Shown one piece after another: positions 25,428 through 32,000 of a stretch of 32,000 nt of DNA. Each line of letters opens with the position of its first letter. The first letter of the stretch is position 1. Below the pieces are notes generated by a model that was given only the letters and a program-made list of their open reading frames with translations, made no database searches and was not told where the DNA came from. Position numbers and translations under genes: made by a program. This stretch comes from an uncultured bacterium (GTDB lineage: Bacteria; Auribacterota; Erginobacteria; Erginobacterales; Erginobacteraceae): contig CAYXKT010000010.1 of the NCBI GenBank assembly GCA_964465735.1, positions 2,925 to 34,924 of the forward strand, read 5' to 3'.

Positions 25428-26213
25428 ATGGTCAAGGAACCCAGGATTTTAATTCTGATGTACCACAGCGTCTCCGATTCCGGGGAGTACGGAAGACTGC
25501 CTGCGGACTGTCGCCCGCTTGGCTATCGGGTGGGGGTCCGCGATCTCCAAAATCATCTGGAAATTCTTCACCAAGAGGGTTGCTCTACCATCCTTCTTCA
25601 GGATCTGGCCGAGGCCCGGGCAGGGAGGGCTAAACTTCCTCCCCGTCCGGTTATCTTGACTTTTGACGATGGCTACGGGGATAATTTCTCCTCTGCCCTC
25701 CCTCTGCTCCGTTCCGCCGGCTGCCGGGCAGCCTTCTTTCTCAGCGTCTCTTACCTCGGCCGTCCGGGGATGTTGACCTGGGAGGAGGCCTCGCGCCTGG
25801 CCGCCGCCGGGATGGAGATTGGCTCTCACGGAATGAACCACGGACTTCTCTCTGGGAAAAGCCGGGCGGAACTTCGCCGGGAACTGGAAGAGTCCCGCCG
25901 GTGCCTGAAGGAAAGGCTGGGGTTGGCGGCGGAGTATTTCTCTCTCCCCCGGGGTTACCTGCCCCGGGCGCTCCCCCGGCTGGCTCTCCGGGCTGGTTAC
26001 CGCGGCCTCTGTACTTCTCGGCCGGGTTTGAATACACTCCGGACCGATCCCTTCCGGCTTTGCCGTTTCCCGGTCCGGTCCGGGATTTCTCCCGAAGAGT
26101 TTCGGGCGCTCATATCCGGACGGGGCTGGAGGTATTCCCGGATTTATCTGTCCGAGACGGCTCGGGATCTGGCCCGGATCCGTCACTACCGGCCGGGGAG
26201 AGAGGGGCGATGA
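25428..26213 (+). CDS. Polysaccharide deacetylase (NodB/CE4) family protein
   Basis: ILILMYHSVSD, VILTFDDGYGDNFSSALPLL, EIGSHGMNHGLLSGKS, YFSLPRGYLPRAL. Confidence 0.92.
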   Translation: MVKEPRILILMYHSVSDSGEYGRLPADCRPLGYRVGVRDLQNHLEILHQEGCSTILLQDLAEARAGRAKLPPRPVILTFDDGYGDNFSSALPLLRSAGCRAAFFLSVSYLGRPGMLTWEEASRLAAAGMEIGSHGMNHGLLSGKSRAELRRELEESRRCLKERLGLAAEYFSLPRGYLPRALPRLALRAGYRGLCTSRPGLNTLRTDPFRLCRFPVRSGISPEEFRALISGRGWRYSRIYLSETARDLARIRHYRPGREGR

Positions 26214-27073
26214 CGACAGCTGCCACGGATTGTGAAGTCCAGGGGGGCGAGAGGAGATCTGTATTCGAACTGGTCTTGATGACGGCCGCGGTCCTCTTTC
26301 TGTTTTTCCCCACCCTGGTCTGGATGAACGCTCGATTTTTCGAGGAGCACTCCTATTACGGACACGGCTGGCTGATCCCGCCGGCGATCGCCTTTCTCAT
26401 CTACCATCGTCGGGAATTCATCCTCTCCGTCCCGTCTCGCCCCAGCAGAGTCGGACTTTTCTGCCTGATTCTTTCTCTGGCTCTGCATCTGGGAGCCCGT
26501 TTATTCGGGGTCAATTTTCTCTCCGCGCTTGCCCTGCCGATGGTGTGTTTCAGTCTGGTCCTGGCCCGGTTCGGACCTGGCCGCAGTCGGTACCTGATCG
26601 GTCCCTTACTTCTAAGCGTGTTGATGATCCCTATTCCGGGGATCTGGATTATCGCTTTGACCTTCCGGTTGAAGATGGTCGCGGTTGATGCCGGGGTCGC
26701 CCTGGGGAGGTTGCTCGGATTGGAGATTGTTCGGGAGGGGATCGAGATCATCCTCCCCACCGCCCCCCCGGGGGAGACTCTGAAGATCGGCGATCCCTGC
26801 AGCGGTCTGCGATCGCTGTTCTCCTTTGGCGCCTTAGGCGGTTTTTTCGCCCTGCTCCTCCCGATTACTGCTCCCCGAAGGGCCATCGTCTTTTTTGCCG
26901 CGGTTCTTTTAGCCCCCTTGAGCAATCTCCTCCGGGTGGTGGCGTTGATCGTTCTGCGACAGACGGCGGGACCGGAAATCCTTGCCGGTCACTGGCATAT
27001 CGCTCTTGGGGTGGGGGTCTTCTTCTTCTGTTTCTTAATCTTTCTCCAGGTGGCGCGATGGCTGCTCCGTTAA
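26210..27073 (+). CDS. Exosortase (EpsH-related archaeosortase/exosortase family)
   Basis: Multi-pass protein with catalytic Cys in GDPCSGLRSLFSF, Arg in LSNLLRVVALI and His in AGHWHIALGV. ATG at 26210 overlaps the previous stop as ATGA. Confidence 0.92.
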   Translation: MTTAATDCEVQGGERRSVFELVLMTAAVLFLFFPTLVWMNARFFEEHSYYGHGWLIPPAIAFLIYHRREFILSVPSRPSRVGLFCLILSLALHLGARLFGVNFLSALALPMVCFSLVLARFGPGRSRYLIGPLLLSVLMIPIPGIWIIALTFRLKMVAVDAGVALGRLLGLEIVREGIEIILPTAPPGETLKIGDPCSGLRSLFSFGALGGFFALLLPITAPRRAIVFFAAVLLAPLSNLLRVVALIVLRQTAGPEILAGHWHIALGVGVFFFCFLIFLQVARWLLR

Positions 27074-27705
27074 CCGCTCAGCGGGCCTACTTAAGCGGGC
27101 TTCTGCTTGTCCTGCTGGCCGGGACCCTCGTCTGGCTGATCGATCGGGACCGGGAGGATATCCTCCCCGCCGGAGATCTTGGACGCCTGCCGTTGGAGAT
27201 CGGGGATTGGGTTGGGGAGGATATCCCGGTTGGAGCCCGGGAGCGGGCGATTCTCGGGACCGATAATCTCCTGCTGCGCCTTTATCGGAAGGGAGACTGG
27301 TTCCTTTATCTATATCTTCTCGAGTGTTCCTCCAACCGGGCCAGCTTCCATCCCCCGGAGTACTGCTATGTCGGGGGCCGGACCGAGTTGGTGGAACGAG
27401 GTCGGAAGACTGTGTTCTGGGATGGGGGAGAGATTCCAGCGCATCGGATGGTCTTTCTCGGGCCGCGGGGGAAGAGTCTGGTCTATTACTGGTACACCTA
27501 TGGGGAGCGGGTTCTGGGTGATTATTATCGCCAGCAGTTGCTGATCATAACCAATATCCTGCTCGGCCGGCCGCGGCCGGCACTGCTGGTCCGGGTTTCA
27601 GTTGAGGGGGCTTTTCCGCAGGAGGTCGGGGAGGAGATGATCGCCGATTTTTCCCGTACTGTTCTCCCCGCCATCGAGCGCGATCTGCTGAAGACTGCCC
27701 CCTGA
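27058..27705 (+). CDS. epsI: EpsI-family exosortase-associated protein (DUF3485)
   Basis: Single N-terminal TM, LPLEIGDWVGEDI, NRASFHPPEYCYVGG, VYYWYTYGERVLGDYYRQQLL. Directly downstream of and overlapping the exosortase. Confidence 0.88.
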   Translation: MAAPLTAQRAYLSGLLLVLLAGTLVWLIDRDREDILPAGDLGRLPLEIGDWVGEDIPVGARERAILGTDNLLLRLYRKGDWFLYLYLLECSSNRASFHPPEYCYVGGRTELVERGRKTVFWDGGEIPAHRMVFLGPRGKSLVYYWYTYGERVLGDYYRQQLLIITNILLGRPRPALLVRVSVEGAFPQEVGEEMIADFSRTVLPAIERDLLKTAP

Positions 27706-27754
27706 CCCTGATCCTGCCGATCTCCGGTCACCGAATCCCGACTCAAAAAATATA

Positions 27755-27774
27755 GAATCCAGAATTCAGGATTC
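27755..27774 (+). repeat. Near-palindromic 20-mer GAATCCAGAATTCAGGATTC
   Basis: Reverse complement is GAATCCTGAATTCTGGATTC (2 mismatches). Lies between the convergent epsI and sugar transferase genes. Confidence 0.6.
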
Positions 27775-27800
27775 AGAATTCACCTTGACTCCCGACTTTC

Positions 27801-29201
27801 TCAGACTGCCCCTTTCCCGCTCAGGATCACCCCCAGGGTCTTGAGCACGATCAGAAGGTCGAGGGCCAGGGACATATTCTCCAGGTAGAAGATGTCATAG
27901 AGAAGCTTCTCCCGATGCTCGATGGTCGAGGAGGAATAACCGTAAGTCACCTGAGCCCAGCCGCTGATCCCCGGCTTGACCTCCAGCCGCTCGGCATAAA
28001 ACGGGATCTTCTCCACCAGTTCGCGGACAAAGCAGGGTCGCTCCGGCCGGGGTCCGATCAGGCTCATCTCGTTGATCAGGACGTTGTAGAGCTGGGGTAA
28101 TTCATCGAGCCGGAATCTCCTTAAGAACCTCCCTGTCCTGGTGCAGCGGGGATCGTGAGGACAGGAGAATTCCGGTCCGTGAGTCTCACTGTCAGCGAAC
28201 ATCGTCCGGAATTTATAGAGGATAAAGGGCTGACCGTGAAGTCCCGCCCGCTCCTGTCGGTAGAGAACCGGGCCGGACGAGGTCAGTTTAATCACCAGGG
28301 CGATCAGGAAGAGGAGGGGGGAGAAGACAATCAGGCCGATCAGAGAGATCGCGGTATCGATCAGTCTCTTCAGGTCCTTGTAGCGGATTACCCGATTGGA
28401 GATCGGGCTGATCATCGGGACCAGTTCGGTCGGGGAACCGGCCATCGATCCGATGGTCGCCTCGTAGAGACTGGGGACGATCCGGAAGACGACATCGGTC
28501 TGGCTGAAGAGGGTGAAGATGGAGAGGATGGTCTCTTTCGGCATCTGGCTGGCGATCACCACCTCGTCAATTGGATAGAATTCAATCAACCGGGGAATAT
28601 CGTCAATCCCCCCCAGGTGGAATGGATTCTCCGGCAAAAGGTCGGTGTCTTCCCTCAAGCTGATGAAGCCGACCAGTCGGCGGGAGATATGGGCCTCCCG
28701 GAGCAGACGGGTGGCAATTCTCTGGGCCCCGTGATCGGTGCCCACAATCAGAGTGTGGGAGACGAAATAGTCTTTCCCCAAAACCAGGTTGATCAGTTTT
28801 CGGGCCAGCAACCGCCAGGTGATGATCAGGATTATGGTGAGCAACCAGGAGAAAAAGATCACTGTCCGGGGATAGGCGAAAGCCCGGAAGAAGAAGGCCG
28901 CCACCATAATGATCAGGGTGCTGGCGGTAGTGGCCTTGATAATGTTGAGGACGGTATCGTAGGTGGTCTTGTACTTTGGCTTGTCGTAGAGGCCGTAAAT
29001 AAAAAAGCTGAGCAGCCTCAAGACAATAATCGGCAGGAGAATCTTTAAGAAATCGGCGAAGTTGGCTCGGGGGAAAGGGCCTTCAGTCCGCCCGAAGCGG
29101 AAAAGGAATCCGGAGATTTCGGCGCCCAGAACCAGCAGAGAGTCAATGGTCAGTGAGGCGAGGATCAGGGTGAGCTTGGAAGTCCGACGCTTCCTATTCA
29201 T
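27801..29201 (-). CDS. Exopolysaccharide biosynthesis polyprenyl glycosylphosphotransferase (WbaP/WcaJ-type initiating sugar transferase)
   Basis: CoA-binding-like HTLIVGTDHGAQRIATRLL. Bacterial sugar transferase domain KRLIDTAISLIGLIVFSPLLFLIALVIKLTSSGPVLYRQERAGLHGQPFILYKFRTM...LDELPQLYNVLINEMSLIGPRPERP. Confidence 0.95.
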   Translation of the reverse strand: MNRKRRTSKLTLILASLTIDSLLVLGAEISGFLFRFGRTEGPFPRANFADFLKILLPIIVLRLLSFFIYGLYDKPKYKTTYDTVLNIIKATTASTLIIMVAAFFFRAFAYPRTVIFFSWLLTIILIITWRLLARKLINLVLGKDYFVSHTLIVGTDHGAQRIATRLLREAHISRRLVGFISLREDTDLLPENPFHLGGIDDIPRLIEFYPIDEVVIASQMPKETILSIFTLFSQTDVVFRIVPSLYEATIGSMAGSPTELVPMISPISNRVIRYKDLKRLIDTAISLIGLIVFSPLLFLIALVIKLTSSGPVLYRQERAGLHGQPFILYKFRTMFADSETHGPEFSCPHDPRCTRTGRFLRRFRLDELPQLYNVLINEMSLIGPRPERPCFVRELVEKIPFYAERLEVKPGISGWAQVTYGYSSSTIEHREKLLYDIFYLENMSLALDLLIVLKTLGVILSGKGAV

Positions 29202-30021
29202 TAATCAGGACGGTGAAGCCGGTCTTCAGTTGGCGGTGGGTCCGAGCCCTATTGATGTCGGCTATCGTCATATCCGGCAGGACCCGGGTCGCTGTGATCT
29301 CTCCGACTTCCCGGTCTCCATCGAGGACTCGAAACCCGACGCCGGGAACAACTCCGTCACCGCCGCCTCGGTTAATGATTACGAAGTCATAGTCAGTATT
29401 GACTTTGAGGATGGTTCCTCGCAGAGCAGGGACCTCGGTTCGCACGTTCCTGACCAGTAGTCCCGGCATCTCGACGGCCGGACTTTCGGCCAGACGATCT
29501 TGAAGTTTATTCTTCTCCTCCAGGAGTCTTTCGATCTGGTCCAGATAGCGTTTTTGCGATTCCCGGCTTTCTTGGAAGTCCTGGCGGAGTTCGGCCAGAG
29601 AACTTTGTTCGGCCCGCAGCCGTTGGTCGAGAATCCGGTTATCACTCTGGAGGGCCTCGACTCGGGATTGGAGCTGGGTCCGTCCGGCCCGCAGTTCGAC
29701 CACTTCTTCCTGGAGCTGGCCCCGGCCGGCTTCGACGATCCGGAGTTGATCAGCGAGATCGTTAAGTTCCCGGAGCCGGTCAGTGAGGTCTCGCCCCAGG
29801 TCGGCGGCCTGTTCTTCGGCGATGGTCAGTCCCCGGGCTGCTTCTTCCAGCCGGGACGATTGAGCGCGCGACCGGGCAAAGAGGGCGATGGTTGCCATTA
29901 GCAGCAGCCCGATGATTACGGGAAAGACAATCCGGGTTAACATCGATCTCCCGGTCCGGGGAGAATTCCCTTTTTCCAGAGTAGATTTTGTCTCTTGATT
30001 TTCTGCGGGAGCCATAGTCAT
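29194..30021 (-). CDS. Single-pass membrane protein with long coiled coil and small C-terminal beta domain, unknown function
   Basis: TM MLTRIVFPVIIGLLLMATIALFA, about 130 aa heptad-rich region, then GTILKVNTDYDFVIINRGGGDGVVPGVGFRVLDGDREVGEITATRVLPDMTIADI. Start overlaps 30021; stop overlaps the sugar transferase start by 8 nt. Confidence 0.75.
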   Translation of the reverse strand: MTMAPAENQETKSTLEKGNSPRTGRSMLTRIVFPVIIGLLLMATIALFARSRAQSSRLEEAARGLTIAEEQAADLGRDLTDRLRELNDLADQLRIVEAGRGQLQEEVVELRAGRTQLQSRVEALQSDNRILDQRLRAEQSSLAELRQDFQESRESQKRYLDQIERLLEEKNKLQDRLAESPAVEMPGLLVRNVRTEVPALRGTILKVNTDYDFVIINRGGGDGVVPGVGFRVLDGDREVGEITATRVLPDMTIADINRARTHRQLKTGFTVLINE

Positions 30022-30175
30022 TTCTCCTGTTAGATTCCTGGTCAGAAAAAAGAATAGCTTGTTTGCCTAACTACAGTAATATACTAAACAGATCCCGTCC
30101 GCTGTCAAGACGTATATGGATTTAATTGATTGCTTTAGGCACCAGTTGTGGTGAGCGTTGAGGGGGATTGTTAAA

Positions 30176-31288
30176 ATGGAAACGCTGTTTATAATTGCTT
30201 TATTGTTTATTCTATACACTTATATCGGGTATCCCCTGGTCCTGCTGGTGGTGACGAGAGGGAAGAAACGCCGACCGGATCTACAGTCTCGACACTTTCC
30301 CCGAATCAGTCTTCTGATCCCGGTTTACAACGAGCAGGAGGTGATCGTGGCCAAACTGAATAATTCTTTGGCCCTGGACTATCCGGAAGGAAAGCTGGAG
30401 ATTGTCGTTGCCTCCGACGGTTCGGACGACCGGACTGTGGAACTGGTTCGGCCCTTGCTTTCGCGGTCAGTCCGGCTAAAAGCTTACTCCGAGCATCGGG
30501 GGAAGATGAGCACCCTCAACCGGGCGATTCCGGAACTTTCCGGGGAGATTATTGTTTTTACCGATGCCAGTGCCTTTTTTCCCCCGGAGACGCTGAAAAT
30601 TCTTCTCCAGGGGTTCGCCAACCCGGAGGTGGGAGCGATCAGTGGGTCCCTGATTTTACAAGAAGAGGTGGCGGGGGGAGGTGAACTGTCGGTGGACTGG
30701 TACTGGCGGATGGAGAAATTCATCCGGGAACGGGAAAGCCTTCTATCTTCAACTGTGGGGGCTACCGGGGCGATCTGGGCGTTACGCCGGGAACTGTTCT
30801 CGCCTCTGCCTGATGACACCATTCTCGACGACTTTCTCCTTCCCCTGGCGCCGGTCCGCCGGGGCTACCGGGTACAGTTTGAGAGCCGGGCCCGGGCTTA
30901 CGAGAGGAGCCGGACCAACCTGCGGGGGGAGTTTCGCCGCAAGGTGAGGACTCTGACCGGCAACTACCAGGCCTTCTTGCGGGCTCAGTGGCTCTTCAGG
31001 TCGAAGCTTGCCTTTCAGCTGATCTCCCACAAGCTCTGCCGGCTTTTTGTCCCCTTCGCCCTGATTGGGCTGCTCATCTCCTCCTGGTTTGGACCCTCGG
31101 CCTTGCGGCCGTTTTTCTATCTCCAGGTGATCTGTTACGCTTTAGCCGCCGCCGGCCTGCTGCTGATCAACCGTGGCCGGAAGCCGAGGAAGTTATTCTC
31201 CGTTCCCCTGACCTTCTGCCTTCTCAATGGGGCCGCCCTGAAAGCGTTTTTTGTCTATTTCCTCGCCCGGCGTCGTCCGGTCTGGTGA
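30176..31288 (+). CDS. Glycosyltransferase family 2 with C-terminal membrane segments
   Basis: ISLLIPVYNEQEVIVAKLNNSLALDYPEGKLEIVVASDGSDDRT, IIVFTDASAFFPPETL, DDFLLPLAPVRRGYRVQFESRARAYE. ATG at 30176 with upstream GAGGGGG; the track start at 30158 is TTG. Confidence 0.93.
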   Translation: METLFIIALLFILYTYIGYPLVLLVVTRGKKRRPDLQSRHFPRISLLIPVYNEQEVIVAKLNNSLALDYPEGKLEIVVASDGSDDRTVELVRPLLSRSVRLKAYSEHRGKMSTLNRAIPELSGEIIVFTDASAFFPPETLKILLQGFANPEVGAISGSLILQEEVAGGGELSVDWYWRMEKFIRERESLLSSTVGATGAIWALRRELFSPLPDDTILDDFLLPLAPVRRGYRVQFESRARAYERSRTNLRGEFRRKVRTLTGNYQAFLRAQWLFRSKLAFQLISHKLCRLFVPFALIGLLISSWFGPSALRPFFYLQVICYALAAAGLLLINRGRKPRKLFSVPLTFCLLNGAALKAFFVYFLARRRPVW

Positions 31289-31383
31289 AAACGGCTTTTT
31301 ACTGGACTAATCGAATGAATTGTAATATCAACTTAGCCTTTGGGCAAAATCAGTTGACTCCGGCTCAGGTGGGTCTGGCAGGA

Positions 31384-32000
31384 TGAAAGATTCAGTAAAG
31401 AAAAAAGTATTTTTAGGTATCCGGATCGCGATCAGTCTCGTTTTGATCGGGTATATATTTTATCGGATCTCCGCCGACTGTGAACTTGGAGATCTGGTCA
31501 AGTACTGGACTGATATGAATTACGGGTGGCTGGCCGGGGCCTTCCTGATCCTTCTGGTGGTTCTGGCGCTCGGCTCTTTCCGCTGGGGTCTGCTCCTGGC
31601 CGCCGGCGGGGTTCGGCTGAGTCAGATCAGCGTTTTTATGTATTATCTGATGGGGATGTTCTTTAATAACTTCCTCCCCTCCACGGTGGGGGGAGATGTT
31701 ATCAAGGCTTATTATCTCTCCCGAGCGACCGGGAAGGGCGCGGTGGCTTTTGTCTCCGTGCTCCTCGACCGGCTGATGGGGATGGGTGGCCTCTGTGTGG
31801 TGGCGGTCGTCGCCAGCCTCTTCGGGGGGAGAACTCTCTTGTCCCTTGAGGCTACTCGTCCCTACGCTCTCCCGGTTTTCCTTATCGTGGGTGGGGTGAC
31901 GGTGGCTCTTGGCTTGTTTTTCCTCCTGGTCTTTAATGCGCGGATAATGCATTTCTTCCTTTCCCTCGCCCGTTGGGGAAAGATCGGGGAGAAGATCCGC
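31384..32000 (+). CDS. Lysylphosphatidylglycerol synthase TM-region / AglD / YbhN-like (UPF0104) membrane protein, 3' truncated by window edge
   Basis: My own translation from ATG 31384: MKDSVKKKVFLGIRIAISLVLIGYIFYRIS...SFRWGLLLAAGGVRLS...YYLMGMFFNNFLPSTVGGDVIKAYYLSRATGKG...VLLDRLMGMG. The frame stays open to the end. Absent from the ORF track because no stop is present. Confidence 0.88.

Noticed and set aside
25901-26209. N-terminal extension of the exosortase ORF in the six-frame track
   Set aside because: Lies within the upstream polysaccharide deacetylase. The ATG at 26210 gives an ATGA overlap and a normal exosortase N-terminus.
27755-27774. Near-palindrome considered as a transposon end or recombination site
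   Set aside because: No partner end, transposase or target duplication seen; simple short repeat in a convergent spacer is the safer reading.
28155-29048. 297-aa plus-strand ORF antisense to the sugar transferase
   Set aside because: Shadow ORF rich in D/Q/G/E; the opposite strand has an unmistakable bacterial sugar transferase domain.
1-32000. CRISPR-Cas, toxin-antitoxin, restriction or retron defence system
   Set aside because: Checked all frames for Cas, reverse transcriptase, methyltransferase, nuclease or TA motifs and for regular direct repeats; none recognised.

Overview
The 32 kb window comes from a high-GC, uncultivated-looking diderm bacterium; taxonomy cannot be fixed from sequence alone. 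Layout by coordinate: (1) Housekeeping block on + (1-7587): clpP (5' truncated), clpX, uppS, cdsA, dxr, rseP, ispG. (2) Surface-glycan block on + (7584-15726): Wzx-like flippase, three GT4 glycosyltransferases, Gfo/Idh/MocA oxidoreductase, left-handed beta-helix N-acetyltransferase, polysaccharide deacetylase, small membrane protein. (3) Minus-strand operon (21246 down to 15639), the highlight: LysM/coiled-coil secreted protein, a 700-aa single-chain protein joining a FliF C-terminal (RBM3-like + TM) segment to FliG middle and C-terminal domains, FlbD, MotA, MotB-A, MotB-B. It contains no rod, hook, filament, export or FliM/FliN genes, so it looks like a stripped flagellar-type rotary or linear motor used for something else, possibly gliding or envelope energisation. 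(4) Two secreted or membrane proteins built from shuffled copies of the same domains (+), a metallophosphoesterase, a second polysaccharide deacetylase, exosortase and EpsI. (5) A polyprenyl-phosphate sugar transferase plus coiled-coil membrane protein (-), a GT2 (+), and a 3'-truncated AglD/YbhN-like membrane protein (+). Small intergenic repeats are also present. No rRNA, tRNA, CRISPR array or transposase was recognised.
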